From assembly GCF_030144855.1 (NCBI RefSeq), contig NC_082726.1, positions 35,960,001 through 36,024,000 of the forward strand: DNA of 64,000 bases, read 5' to 3'. Below the pieces are notes generated by a model that had not been told where the DNA came from, did not search any database, and worked only from the letters and a program-made list of their open reading frames with translations. Positions 12,751-25,784 of the stretch are shown one piece after another. Source of the DNA: Hypanus sabinus. Its lineage: Eukaryota. A program made the position numbers and the translations under genes. Every line of letters begins with the position of its first letter. Position 1 is the first letter of the stretch.

Positions 12751-14571
12751 ATGGCCACGTACAATCGAAGGTCATCTGATCATGCTTTCCAGGTAAACCA
12801 GGATGTAGTGTATCGTAATATGTTGGAACCAGAATGTTTCCCACTGTCAAAAAGCTCCTCTGATACCCTGTTCCCAAGAAGGGAAAACATGGAAGAAAGG
12901 AAAATGACTAATCCATATCTGAGGAAGACGATCAGCAGTGTTGTCTCTTCAAGGAACACAGTTGAAACGGACACAAGATATTCTTGTCATTCTTCTTGTT
13001 TCATGCCACAGAATAATTTCACTATTATCCCCTTGTGTGGCTGCTTCCAAATGAATTCCATCCCCAATCCCAACCATGTGACTGAATCCCCAATCTTTCA
13101 GGATGGTGCAAAACTCCACGCCAATGACCGTACTAACAGCAGCTCAGACATAAGAAGGAATACAGACACAATGTTGTACAAAGACCCAAATTTGGGGAAG
13201 TTGCAGACAAAGTTGATGTGCAGGAGTTGCTCAGACATCATCTGTGGTTACAAAGAGAACTGCTGTCAAGACAATGTAGTGCACAGCCAGAGTACCATGG
13301 AACATCAAGTTATTGTGCCTGACAGTAACTGCAGTGTAATCCCTCAAAGTGAAATGACAACAATGGACTCTGATCAAAAGATAGTGATAAGTATTTCAGA
13401 GAGTGATACTGACAATGACCATCATGAAACTATGGGAGAAAGGCCAGCCACTTCTGAGCATCAAGTCAATAGCATCAACAATAATGTGTGCAATTCCATG
13501 CATCAGAGCCATTTCATGCTTACAGAGAATTCTCATAATTATCCAGGTGTCATGGTTGTCCAAGAATCTGGCAGGCAATATCAAGATAACTGTATGAAAG
13601 GAAATGCGACAATCACCAAGGACCAGGCTAATGTGCAACATAAGGAAGATGCTTTAATGAACAATCACAACTGTACTGGACTTCAAAGCCACATGATACC
13701 TGGTCTGAGCATAGAAGACACTTCGCCTGCTTTCTGCCACTCTCTGCCAATTCCAGCCATTCATCTTATGCCAAGGCTAATCAGTTCTGTCAGTGATTCT
13801 GGAAGAGGAAATATCAATGCATATTGCCACCCGCTGCCAGTATCAGGTATTCTTGCATTCCCACGGTTGGTGTCTTCAGTGAGTGAATCTGGTTTGGACA
13901 CAAAACATCTTCTGAGATGCCATGGCACTGTAGGAAATAATGTGGTCCCCACCATGACTGATGAAAATCCACAGAATATCTCAGATGTAATAAAAGTAGA
14001 ACTGGAAAACCCTGCTCATCCTTCTCAACAAAATAGTCCAAATAATAACGTGAATGTGAGAACACGAGATATGTGCACTATGACCTCTATCAGAGATCTG
14101 ACCCTAGGCATTTATTATCAACTGAGGCATAAAGATGCAGAGGTACAGACTTCTTTTGCAGTTGACTGTAGGTCAGTAGGCACCAACCCAATGTCTCCCA
14201 TGGACTGCTGCTTGGTTCACATGTTCCCAGAAGTTAACTTAGAAGAGAATCAGGAGATTCAGGAGTCTCCAGTTCGAGAAGTAAAATGGGATGACAAAGG
14301 AATGACATGGGAAATTTATGGGGCATCTGTAGACCCTGAGGTCCTTGGGCTGGCCATACAAAAACATCTGGAGATTCAGATCGAACAACATGAAAAAGAC
14401 AAGGTATCTACAGCTGAGAAGACATTGAAGCATTTGGATCCTCACTTTGATGCAACACATGTGCTAGAACATCAAACAAAAGAGAAGAGACATTTGCCAG
14501 GCTTTAGGAAGATGTTCTCTACTCTGAGACATCCCACATGTTGTATACGATCCAATACAGCAATAGATTGA
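12751..14571 (+). CDS. GPRIN2: G protein-regulated inducer of neurite outgrowth 2 (GRIN2), single coding exon, 606 aa
   Basis: C-terminal GRIN domain VREVKWDDKGMTWEIYGASVDPEVLGLAIQKHLE and terminal RHPTCC; GPRIN2-type motif CHPLPVSGILAFPRLVSSVSESGL; first ATG after the acceptor is at 12751 (the ORF-track start at 12718 is intronic); TIMM23 nearby, as on human 10q11. Confidence 0.9.
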   Translation: MATYNRRSSDHAFQVNQDVVYRNMLEPECFPLSKSSSDTLFPRRENMEERKMTNPYLRKTISSVVSSRNTVETDTRYSCHSSCFMPQNNFTIIPLCGCFQMNSIPNPNHVTESPIFQDGAKLHANDRTNSSSDIRRNTDTMLYKDPNLGKLQTKLMCRSCSDIICGYKENCCQDNVVHSQSTMEHQVIVPDSNCSVIPQSEMTTMDSDQKIVISISESDTDNDHHETMGERPATSEHQVNSINNNVCNSMHQSHFMLTENSHNYPGVMVVQESGRQYQDNCMKGNATITKDQANVQHKEDALMNNHNCTGLQSHMIPGLSIEDTSPAFCHSLPIPAIHLMPRLISSVSDSGRGNINAYCHPLPVSGILAFPRLVSSVSESGLDTKHLLRCHGTVGNNVVPTMTDENPQNISDVIKVELENPAHPSQQNSPNNNVNVRTRDMCTMTSIRDLTLGIYYQLRHKDAEVQTSFAVDCRSVGTNPMSPMDCCLVHMFPEVNLEENQEIQESPVREVKWDDKGMTWEIYGASVDPEVLGLAIQKHLEIQIEQHEKDKVSTAEKTLKHLDPHFDATHVLEHQTKEKRHLPGFRKMFSTLRHPTCCIRSNTAID

Positions 14572-15699
14572 CAGCTGCATCCACTGTCAAAGAGTGAGAT
14601 ATGTCAGTATCAGGGGAGAGTATACATAAACTGCACTCACAAAATGTAAATGCAGCTTTTACTTTTCCCCAGACACTTACATTCAAAAGTAATTATTAGT
14701 AAAAGTATTTTTTTTAAGAAATTGTTTTTTTTTCCAACATAGTTATGAGAGTGGCTGATTGAGGTATTCTGGAGCAGGTGAAGTTTTCAGAAAAATATAG
14801 ATCCTGAGACAGTTATGGGAAAGTAGAAGTCTGAATGCATTTGTGATCCAGTGCTGTATGCTCATGTAGATGAGGATGTAAATGATGCTGCTGTAAGAAT
14901 ATTGGGATAGGGACAAAAAGGTATTTTTAGCAAAATGTTCTTAACTGTCCTACGTTTCCAGATTTTCTTGGTGCTCTGAAAGAATAGTAATCTTTGACAA
15001 GACAATGATCCTTGTAAACATATGGTAATGGGACACAAGTAGTTATCTTAATGTGTAACAATGATGACAGAAGCAGAAATTTTAATGAATAATAATACAT
15101 TTCAGAAGAAACATGTTGGAGTTGAGGGAAACCAATGTAAATGACAATCCCACAGGATCATGGAAATGTCATATGAAACTGCAACAAAGGGTGAATTGCT
15201 CCATTTCTGGAACTTTGATAAAGATTCTCATGTATTCTCAAACCCACAGTCATAATTTTTTGTTTAAGCATTTATCTGATCTTCAAATGATGACTACAAA
15301 TGAGTCCTTTATCATCAGCCTTTCAGATTGAACATTAGCTACATGAAAGAGTATTTCTTCAGGTCACAGCAGTTTCTTAAATTTGGACTTCCCGTTGTTG
15401 ACCTGTCTGCCACTTCTTACTTACTCCATCAAAACAGTGACTTGGAATGCCGCTATCGAATCTGTCCTAAACACTTTCTCTAGGCACTCCACGTTACTGA
15501 AGTCTCTACTTTCTGCTATCCATTTTAATAAATCTGGTCTACACCCATATTAAGGCCTTGGCATGAGTTCTAAAGAGTGGTAGTCAGAATTAAATATTAA
15601 ACTCCCAGAAGGGGCTAGGTCTATTTTACAATAACTTTCTAGTTTGCAGGCTATTAATACTTTTGATATGCAAACCAATTTTGTCCCGGATTAAAGACA

Positions 15700-15895
15700 G
15701 GATTGAAATACAGTGTAGAACAGGCTTTTCCAGCCCAACGAGCCGCACCACTTAGCAATCTATTTATCCCTAACATAATCACAGGACAATTTACAATGGC
15801 TAATTAACCTCCTAACTGGTACATCTTTGGAACGTAGGAGCAAACTGGTGCAGCCAGAGGAAACCTATGTGTTCTCGGGGAGTACGTACAATTTA
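15700..15895 (-). mobile_element. V-SINE/HE1-like SINE remnant
   Basis: Reverse complement contains ggtttcctctggctgcaccagtttgctcc, a degenerate V-domain core, followed by a CR1-like tail; related copies near 22230-22490 and 26760-27030. Confidence 0.6.
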
Positions 15896-18800
15896 GAATC
15901 AACCAACAAACAAATAAATTGATCAGATGGGAGGATAAAGAGTTAAATTTCAGAAACTATCTTTAATACGCAATTCTTTCCAGCTTCAGCAAAGCGAAGG
16001 CTGGGGTCAATCACAGAAGTCTAGAATTGGATTGTTTACTAAAGATAGCTTTTGACTAATCTATCCTTTGTACTAAAATAACATAACTGTCTAAAACAAG
16101 ATTAGAAGACAACAAGCATAATTTGATTATGTAAAGGCACAAATAATTTAACATTTCAGTAATTAGTTTTTCTGAAAAAGAAGTCAGTTAAAAAAGGTGG
16201 AAAATAATTCAACAGAAAACTGGATTTTGACTATAGAGGACAATGGGACCTTTATGATGCTTACAAAATAGGTTGAAAATTAAATATGAAAACGATGAAC
16301 AAACATAGCTGGTGAAAAGGGGAGTTTGTGCCTGATTTAGGAAACAAACAGATAAAAAGGCATGGGAACAGATATGGAAGATTAAAAGTAGATCTGTACT
16401 TTATTATAGAAACTTTATGATATGAAGGTTATAGTTGATGGCAACATTTGCATAGGCAAATACCTCAAGATAGTAAATTCAGCAAGGTTGTGCTAGGACT
16501 GTGAAACTACTTACATTCTCAACCACCAGTGACTTGCAGGTAATTCCCATTTTTCAAAGCCCTCCTAAAGAAGTGTGAAACACAGTATTACTGAGATAAC
16601 CTTCACATAAAAGCTGGGATGCCCAATTACAAAATCCAGTCAACAAACAGTCTAATAGACGGTGAAAAACATCACCATTGATCCATAAGGACTAACTTAA
16701 ATGATTCAGTTCATCCTCCTTAATCTTTCTTTCTTAAAATTCTCTTGATAGTAATGTTACTTTCTAAAGGCTTCTATTGAGTTGCGGTATAACATGGTAT
16801 AAACAGACTTTAAAAAATAAATTTTAAGTCAACAATAGAAGCGGAATGGCAATAATACAGCTGGAGGATGAATTTCAACTTGGAACAAAATGACAAACTT
16901 TGTGTAAAAAGGATGAATCTCTAGGAGCAGATCCTTGTAATCTTAAATGTGAATCTGTTTATAGGACTCTGATTACCAACATAAGAACATTAGAAATAGG
17001 AGCAGGAGTTGGCCATCTGGCCCATTGAGCCTGTTCCACCATTCAATAAGATCGTGGCTGATCTACCTACCTGCCTTTTCCCCGTAACCCTTAATTCCCC
17101 TACTATGCAAAATCTATCCAAACTTGTCTTAACTATATTTACTGAGGTAGCCTCCACTGCTTCATTGGGCAGAGAATTCCACAGATAATTTCACATCTAA
17201 ACGCAGTGCCATGAAGACTTCTTAGCTTAGGAGGCTGGTTTTCTGTCAGATATCAAAGACACAGGGAACTTGATTTGGCCATGTGCTACTTAATTGCAAT
17301 TTTCCCTTGAAAGTGAACAATTAAACAACTTTTCCAGTCTGTACTCTTATTTCTATTGATATTGTGCATCAGAAAATATTTGTTGTTTATTATCAATTAA
17401 TTAATGATTGTATTTTTGTATACATTTTTATTTCATTTTGCATATGGAGAGTTACAACTTACAGCTCAATGGCAAGCCACTTATTTTCTCTTTGACCAGT
17501 TCACACTCCTGCACCTTGTGATATTAGCCCTGTCAGCTAAGGTAATGTTACATAGCATTCAGCATTAGTCATTCTTTTGTTCCTCTCAAAGAGTCTTGGT
17601 GTTTGTAGAATGAAGGTTCTTTTATATAGTTACTTTGACAACCTCACAATATCTCAAAGCCCTTACAGTCACTGAGGTACTTTATGAAGAACATTGGTTG
17701 TTATAGATTGGAAAATGTAATAATCAACCTGGTGCAAAGATAAATCCCAAATCGACAAAAGGTTTCAGTGATAGCATTGAGGCCAGGACACCAGGGGGAG
17801 CTCTAATGTCTTTCTGATATTTTTTATATTCTTTTGTCAGGTCAACTAGGTCTTAAGTTTTAATGATTTTTTTTCACCCCTGTAGGTACAGTACTCAGTA
17901 TCATACAGAGTTATCAATCTGATTTAAGGTGCTCATGTTCCCAGAGTGGATTTTAAGTTCACAACTTTCTGAATTAGAACAGAATGTGACCATTGGAGCC
18001 AAATCAATCCAATGTGATCACTGACAATAGCTCATGCCAAAAACCTAACTGAGCAAGTCTGAGAGACCCAACAAAGCCAGATACAGAACTTCAGTCTTCT
18101 TTCTTTCAAGTAGAAAGTGTCTTGAGTAGGATGAGCACAAGCTCAGACCCATATACCTCTCTTTGCAAAAGAAGGATTGCAGCCACCTTTGTAACAAGAG
18201 GTGCAGGTACTGCTACAGATGCATGTTACAATGATACTTTCAAGAGCATCTCTTCCTTCAGCCTCAGAAGAACAACTTTATGCCCTAGGTTTCTTTCCAT
18301 AAAGCATCTCAACTGCCCTTGGTGCTCCTTTCAGCAAATGCCTACATATACTAGAGATTGAAGCAAAGATACTCAATTCAGTTCATTTACCTGGGGTGGT
18401 TTACATTTGTTAGCTTGTAGTATGGAAGCTGATCTATCAGCAGAAAAGAATAAACAAATGTGATTTAATTCTTTTCACCTTTGATGCATATATGTTAGGT
18501 TCTGATGTTTCCAGGAGCTACCTTCAATGACGGTGACAAGTCTAAGTAATTTCCACTCCCAGTACACAGTTGGGAATCAGCCTTACAGTAGTACCTAATA
18601 CCTTAAGACAGTGGACACATACTATTTCCACTAGTGTATAAGTGATCATCACAGGGCTAAAACAGCAGGCAGCATGAATGCACACAGATAAAGAGGTACC
18701 CTCTCACTATATATTCAGCCTCCACTTGAGTGGGTTTCTGGAGAGTCCCTGCATAACCACCCGATTGTAACTCAAGAAATTCCAGTGTTCAGAGTAGACC

Positions 18801-18956
18801 AAAATGTGACAGAATAATCAATCTTTTCCTCTCTAATTATGCAGCCTATATGATGGTTGTGATTCTGGCAATAAATGTGATTTGCTTAAAATGTAACCAA
18901 GAACCTTTGAACAGCACTGGCCAAAATTGTAAAACTGAAGGACTTCTTTGTGAGTA

Positions 18957-19273
18957 CAGTAAAACTCCATTAATCTGGCACCCTTGGAACCTTGGTGATG
19001 CCTGTAGTAGATTTTATGGTCTACTGGATGTTATTCTATCAACACTGTAATATGTTACACAATTGTGCATTCTAAGCTACAACAGAAAATGAGGGCCCTG
19101 TGAGTTTAAAGGCTGTGTGTGGAAATGGGCCCAATGAGTTTCATAGGAGAGTTGCCATCAAAGCCCCAGTGCCATCAAAGAGAGCACAGGAAGCAGGGTG
19201 TTAAAGGGAGAGTGGGATGCTGCCTCACTGGGATTTGTGAACAAAGGGATAGCAGATTACTGGAGTTTTACTA
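18957..19273. mobile_element. Tc1/mariner (Tigger/pogo-like) MITE
   Basis: TA|CAGTAAAACTCCA at the left and TGGAGTTTTACT at 19261-19272 (12-bp inverted match); internal short direct repeats. Confidence 0.65.
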
Positions 19274-21706
19274 CATGTTAGTTTTATCAGATGCTTAGTA
19301 ATGACAAAGTCTTAGTTAGTCATTGATGATAATGGTTTATGTGTTGTCTGTTTTAAAGGAAGTTGCTATCAATAAAAACATTAAAAGTGTGGAGTAATGT
19401 ATTGGTATTATGGTCTGGCATTGAGTCAGTTATTTTCCACAGATGAACAGTAGGAACATACTGTGATAATGATATCAAGAATGAACATAATAGAAAAGGA
19501 CTGGAGACACAAGACACTGGGTTCTGAAGCAAAAAACAATCTGCTGGAGCGACATTTCAGGAAGCAATCCTGAGTTTGTCCCAATTCAGGGTTCTGACCT
19601 GAAAAACTGACAATTCCTTTCCCCACACAGATGCTTCTTGACCCACTGAGTTCTATCAGAAGATTGTTTATCACTGTAAGAAAGGGCTGGGTGGTTCATT
19701 AAAGCTCACACAGAAACTTTGATTAACACCTATACCTAACATTTCCACCACCCTACATATGAACTTGCTCAATTGCTGACACTGCAGAGAATTTTCACTG
19801 GGTTAATTTCTGGGTTAAAGAGGGTTGAAAATGTGGAGAGGTTATGCAGGTGGGGCCTGGAGTTCAGGAGAATGAGAGGTGATTCTTACTGAAATATACA
19901 AGATTCAGAGAGGTGCTGAAAGGGTAGATGCTGAGATGTTACTTCCCTTAGTGGGTTTTTCTAAATCTGGGGAAAATAGTTTCAGCTTTAGAGAGCACCA
20001 ATTTAAGAGAAATAGTGAAGAGGAATTTCTTCTCTTTGAGGATTATTGCACTTTGGAATTCTCTACGCCAGAGATCTGTCATCAGATATACATTATGTAG
20101 AAACTGACAGAGATTTGCATGATAAGGCAGCTGTGGGGATAGGGAGGAAGCAGGAAAGAGTAGTTTTGAACCAGAACTGGATCAGCCATATTGAATAGTA
20201 GAATACCTTCAAAGGGTTGATAAGACTGCTTGTTTCTTTTGTTTTTTTGTAATATTGCACTTCAAAGTAAATAAAAGTAAGATGTGTTAAATGCACTTTT
20301 GTCATAAATATCTCCTGCTCTGCATTAATTCAGACTATTTTTGCTTCTAACTTCCTCTCTTTTTTAACTGCATCTTAGAAAATGGCTTATCTCAAACTGC
20401 AGTAAAGTTACCTCTGTTATTATACATTAAGTGACCAATTAATGCCTCCAGAAGTGTTGGTATGTATTTCCTATTTCTAATATTATCAGCATTTAGGTTT
20501 ATTTGTTGATGGCTTAGCAAAGATATGAGGAAACCAGAAAGTAACCCTGCAGGAGGCATTTGATAATATATGTAGATAAATATTAAGAGGGAGAATGGAA
20601 ATTAATAGATTCATAGCATCTACCTTCAGGGATTAAAATAATTAAGAAAATAAGAACATAAGGACTGAGTGAGAGAGTAGGCCATCTTGCTGTTCAAGCC
20701 TTCTCTGGCATTCATCTTGACCACTACTGATTTTTTTCAAACTCAGATTAATTTTCTGGCACCTTCCCCATTTTCTTTGATTCTCTTAATGTCCAGAAAT
20801 CCACCTTTTGCTATTGAAGGTGAAAACTTCAAAGGCTCAAAATTCAATGATTGAGCATCTAAGCTCTCATTAAGTGAAAAAAAATCTTTATCTCAGTTCT
20901 GAAGGGCCTATCCACTATTTTGAAATTGATCTCTGGTTCTAGATTCCTCAGCTGGGAATTTTGCAAGAGATTTCACAAGTTTCCATAAGCTCACTTTTCA
21001 TTCTTCCATACTCCAGAGAATGTAGGCCTAGTTTATTCAGTCTTACTTCATATGTCAAAGCATCTATTGAAGAAATATGACTAGTGAATCACTCTTCACT
21101 ATGGCAAATATATACTTATTGGAGAGGAGAACAAAACTCTTATGCAATACTCCAGGTATGGTCTTATCAAAGCCCTTTGTAATTGTAATGACACTTCTAT
21201 TTCTTTACTCAGATCCTTTCATAGTGGAGGCCAACATATCATTTGTTTTCCTAATCGTGGCATACACGATAGCTCTCGGTAATTTCTGTTCGGGAACACC
21301 TAGTTCTCTTTGAACATCAACATTATTCAGTCTGTCAACAATTTTAAAATAGTCTGCTTTCCCACTCTGTAAGTAGATAAAGGAAATTTCAGTATCTACC
21401 GAAATTCTTCTGTTTTAGTAACTGTTCAGTTGGATTAAGCATAAATATCACTATTTATAAAAGGAATGTAAAGCATGAAGTTATTATTCACATAACAGTT
21501 TTGTGGACAGAATTGAACTGACTGAACATTTGGATGTAGTACAGTGAAACTGCTTGAAGGCTGTAACAAAAAGCATTCAACAGAGATGCAGCAGAATGTG
21601 ATCACACAGGGTGTGCTGTTCAATGGACACATCCAGATATGCCCTTTAATAGCCATAACAGTGCATGCTCTTCAATGAGCGTAGAGGATGAACCTTTAAA
21701 CATTTC

Positions 21707-22075
21707 AAAGTTCAAAGTAAATTTATTATCAAAGTACATATATGTCACCATATACAACCCTGAGATTCATTTTCTTGCAGGCATACTCAATAAATCCATA
21801 ATAGAATAATAACCATAAAAAAATCAACAAAAGACTGAACCAAATTGGGCATTCAACCAGTGTGAAAAAGACAACAAACTGTAGAAATACAAAAAGAAAG
21901 AAATAATAATAATAAATATCAAGAACATGTGATGGAGAATCCTCAAAAGTGAGTCCATAGGTTGTGGGAACATTACAATGATGGGACAAGTGAAGTGAGT
22001 GAAGTTATCCCCTCTGGTTGAAGAGCCTGAGGATTGAGGGGTATATCTGTTCCTGAACCTGGTAGTGTGAATCCT
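21707..22075 (-). mobile_element. Rex1/Babar-type LINE 3' end (empty-site counterpart of the 42486-44292 copy)
   Basis: (aaagttc)n tail; collinear with 42486-42670 plus 43880-44045. Confidence 0.75.
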
Positions 22076-23256
22076 GTGGTTCTTTATGGGTACAATAGGG
22101 CGTTCTCTCCAACAGACAGAACAGGATGTGCTTCTCAATGTACAGAATATAAATGGACACCATAGAGTGTGCTCTTTAATGGACCATCAAATCTATGTTG
22201 GTTCTCAGACCAATCTCATCATTATCCACTTACTTCCCTCTCACTTGTCCTTTAACTGCCACTTCCACCCATCCTCACCTCATCCCACCACCAATCTCTT
22301 ATTATTCACCTAAGAAAAAAGAGCAATTCATATTAGTGAATTAATTTACAAACCTGCATGTATTTGTGATGACAAAGTAAACTGGAGCACCTGGGGTCTG
22401 AGGTGATTGGGATGTGGGGAGGATCCAAGCAATCATGGGGAGAAAGTACAAACTCCACTCAAACAGCATTAGTCAAGATCAAACCTGTCACACTTCCTCC
22501 ATATCTTTTGTGTTAGGTCACCATGCATTCTTGTAAGTTCCAAAGAATACAAACCAAACCCAAACCCTTGACAGGATGATCTTCTCATTCCAGGATCCAG
22601 CCAGGTGAACTTCTTTTAGATTGCTCCAATGTTACTATATCCATTTATAGTGAAGGACATCGAAACAGTGTATAGGAGCTCATCAACACCCTACATAACA
22701 GAAATAAGACTTCTATTTCTAAACTCAACACCTTTGCAATAAAATTCAATGTGCTACTTTTCCTTTTAACTACTTGCTGGATCTGCCTGCTAAATATTTG
22801 GTGATTCATTTGCTGAGTTTTAGAGAATCATAGAGTCATTAGAGATCTGAAGGTTTTTGGATTTGAAGGAAATCATGGGATATGGGTATAGTGGGGGTAA
22901 TGCCTCACTGAGGTAAATCATCATGAGTTCATTGAAAGGTGAAGCATGCATATGAGGCTGAATGGATTATTCCTTCTTCTATTTCTTACAGTAGTGGAAT
23001 ATGAATGTCTCTTGGAATTCAGTCAGACTTTTTTCTTGAAGGTATTCATCCATAGCTATAACAAAGGCATATCTTAAGTTTGCTTTAAGAGTGTTTTACC
23101 TTAACATACGTCACAATTTTAAAGAATAAAACAAAAATCAAAAATGAACACTTAAAATGATACAAGATAAATTTAGAATCCAGGTGAGTGTTTCAAACTG
23201 TGAAAGGGACAAATTTTTGCTTTCAATTCATGTTGACATTTTCAAAGAAATATTTT

Positions 23257-24110
23257 AAGACCATAAGACATAGAACAGAACTAGGCAACTCGACCCACTG
23301 AGTCTGCTCCACCGTTCCATCATTGCTGATTTATTATCCTGCTCAATCCCAGCCTTCTTCCCATAACCTTTAATGCCCTGACTAATCAAAAATCTATCAC
23401 CCTCCACTTTAAATATAATTAATGACTTGGCCTCCACAACCATCTGTGGCAAAGAATGCCACAGATTCACCATCCCCTGCCTAAAGAAATTCTTCCTCAT
23501 CTCTGTTCTAAATGGATGTCTCTCTGCTCTGAGGGTATGGCCTCTGGTCCTAGACTCCCACTATAGGAAACATCCTCTCCACATCCAACCTATCTAGGCC
23601 TTTCAATATTCCATAGGTTTCAATGAGGTCCCCCTTCATTCTTCTAAACTCTAGCAAGCACAGACCCACAGCCATTAAACACTTCTTATATGTTAACCGT
23701 TTCATTCCAGATTCATTTTCATGAACTTCTTCTGGGCCTTCTTCAATGCCAGCACATCTTTTCGTACATAAGGGACCCAAAAATGCTCACAATACTCCAA
23801 GTGCAGTCTGACCAATGCCTTATAAAGCCTCAGCATCACATCCTTGCTCTTATATTCTAGTCCTCTTGAAATGAATGCTAACATTGCATTGCCACCCATA
23901 CCACTGATTCAACCTGCACGTTAACCTTTAAGGAATCCTGCATGAGGATTCCCAAGTCACTCTGCACCTCTGACTTTTGAATTTTATCTCCATTTACCAA
24001 ATAGTTCACATCTTTATTCCTTCTACCAAAATGAATGACCATGCAATTCCCTGCATTATATTCCATCTTGCGCTTCTTTGTCTATTCTCTTGATCTGTCT
24101 AATTCCTTCT
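23257..24110 (-). mobile_element. CR1 LINE 3' portion just upstream of the protease promoter
   Basis: Minus ORFs with LYKALVR.HLEYC and (cataaga)n tail. Confidence 0.9.
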
Positions 24111-24335
24111 CGAATACAATACACAGTCACTGACCCAGCTGTTTGTGCATAGTCGGTCAACACATCACTGAAACTACTGATTCACTGTAGAAATGGCTGA
24201 CAAGCAAGGCCAAAGGCCACACAGAAATATCTGGGCCCATTCTATTTCATGTTTGGTTGTTGTAAAGTAGGACAGGATAATCCTGGCACAATGGTGTCAA
24301 TGGAGTCACATGAAAGTTTCTGTGTGCTCGGCACT

Positions 24336-24343
24336 TATATAAA
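24336..24343 (+). promoter_or_regulatory. TATA box of the serine protease gene
   Basis: TATATAAA about 60 nt upstream of the predicted ATG at 24397. Confidence 0.6.
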
Positions 24344-24396
24344 TTATTGAGCAAAGGTGGGGATGTTTAGAATTACGTGATGGACGGTTGCTGAAC

Positions 24397-24493
24397 ATGT
24401 TGGATCAGAGTGTGCCTTTGATTGTCCTTGTATTAATGATAAGTCATGCATTTCATTTTGGGAATGGTCTTCAGCAAAAAGTTGGATATCTAG
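24397..24493 (+). CDS. Chymotrypsin/elastase-like serine protease, exon 1 (signal peptide)
   Basis: MLDQSVPLIVLVLMISHAFHFGNGLQQKVGYL, a hydrophobic leader; donor AG|GTAAGA in phase 1 joins exon 2 in frame (G+AC = Asp). Confidence 0.8.
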
Positions 24494-24599
24494 GTAAGAG
24501 CAGTGAAATTGTCTTCTAATTGAAAAAAGGTCAAAAATCATTTTCTAACCTAAGTAATGCTAATGTGGATCAGTAATCAGGTACTTAATGTATGTGTTA

Positions 24600-25175
24600 C
24601 AGCTTCTTCACAGCTCCAAGTACCCTGGTTCAATTCTGACCTCAGCTGATGTCTCTGTGACAGAGTTTATTTGTCCTCCCTGTGACAATACAGGTTTACT
24701 TCAAGTGTTCTGCTTTCTTCATACATCTTAGAAAACCTGGTTAGTTTCTAAATTGGGTGCTATAATTTGCCTGTTACTATAGAAAAGTGAAGAAAAAACT
24801 TTAAAAAAAGGAATTGTTGTAAATGTGAGCGAGGATATGTTGTAGGCTACAGGAGATTATGATGAGGAGATACCAACCAACAAGAAAACAATCACTCTAC
24901 TCTAATCCTACTGTAACCCAACTGATGTTCCTCATGTTCCCATCAACTCCTCTCCCAACCCCAAAGTGTACCACTCATGAATGCACCTGGGGACAATTTA
25001 CTGGGGCCAATTAAGGTAAAAGCTACCTTGTTTTTAGGATGTGGGAGGAATCCAGAAGAACCAATGTGGTCACAGGTAGAGCATACAAAATCCATATAGA
25101 GTGCACTTGTGGTCAGGATCAAATCTGGACTGCTGGAGCTGTGAGGCAGTAACTCTTCTAGCTATACAACTGTGC
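24600..25175. mobile_element. Two oppositely oriented V-SINE-like remnants in intron 1 (+ about 24600-24790, - about 24900-25175)
   Basis: B-box-like ggttcaattc and degenerate V-domain cores on opposite strands. Confidence 0.5.
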
Positions 25176-25674
25176 AGAGAATTACTTCGAGTCAACATCA
25201 AATTGGTACATATAGTACATGCTAGATTTTATGCTCCATATGTCTTACCTCGCACTCTATTTATCGAATCCTATTCACTTTCTAATTCTTTCTCTCTCAA
25301 ATGTACATTAACCATTCTAGTCATCTCAACTATTCAATGAGGTATTGAGTTCAACATAATTACCAAAGTTTCAACACTTAATTCTCTCTAAGTTCACTAT
25401 TGGATTGATTAGTGCCTGCTTTTCACTTTTGCCCATAGCTTTGGAATCCTCCAAGATAGAATTCTCTTACCTTTGTTCGTCCTATTAAACCATTTCACAA
25501 TGTCGTCTTCCACCTGTCTCTTCTTGGCCTTTCATTATCTAGAAGAGCCCTGGCCTGTTCAATCTTTCCAGTTTGGCACAGATTACACAGATCAAAACAG
25601 TGGTAGTGTGTGTTTTCAGATGTCTATGTATTGAGAGGATGCCTTGCTAATACCTACATTTATTGGGTTTTCAG

Positions 25675-25784
25675 ACTGGCCAGAGGACTGTGGCATCCCA
25701 CAGTTCTTGCCAAATGTAGCTGGAAGGATTGTATCTGGGAATGAAGCACGTCCACATTCCTGGCCATGGCAGGTCTCTCTACAG
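25675..25784 (+). CDS. Serine protease exon 2 (propeptide and activation site)
   Basis: [18 protein letters not shown]|[19 protein letters not shown]; ttttcag acceptor, CAG|GTAAAC donor, phase 0. Confidence 0.95.

Noticed and set aside
20253-20268. TATTGCACTT resembling the 5' end of miR-92/25
   Set aside because: Match stops after about 10 nt and there is no precursor hairpin
24130-24330. PTF1 bipartite site implying pancreatic expression
   Set aside because: CAGCTG is present near 24137, but there is no properly spaced TC-box
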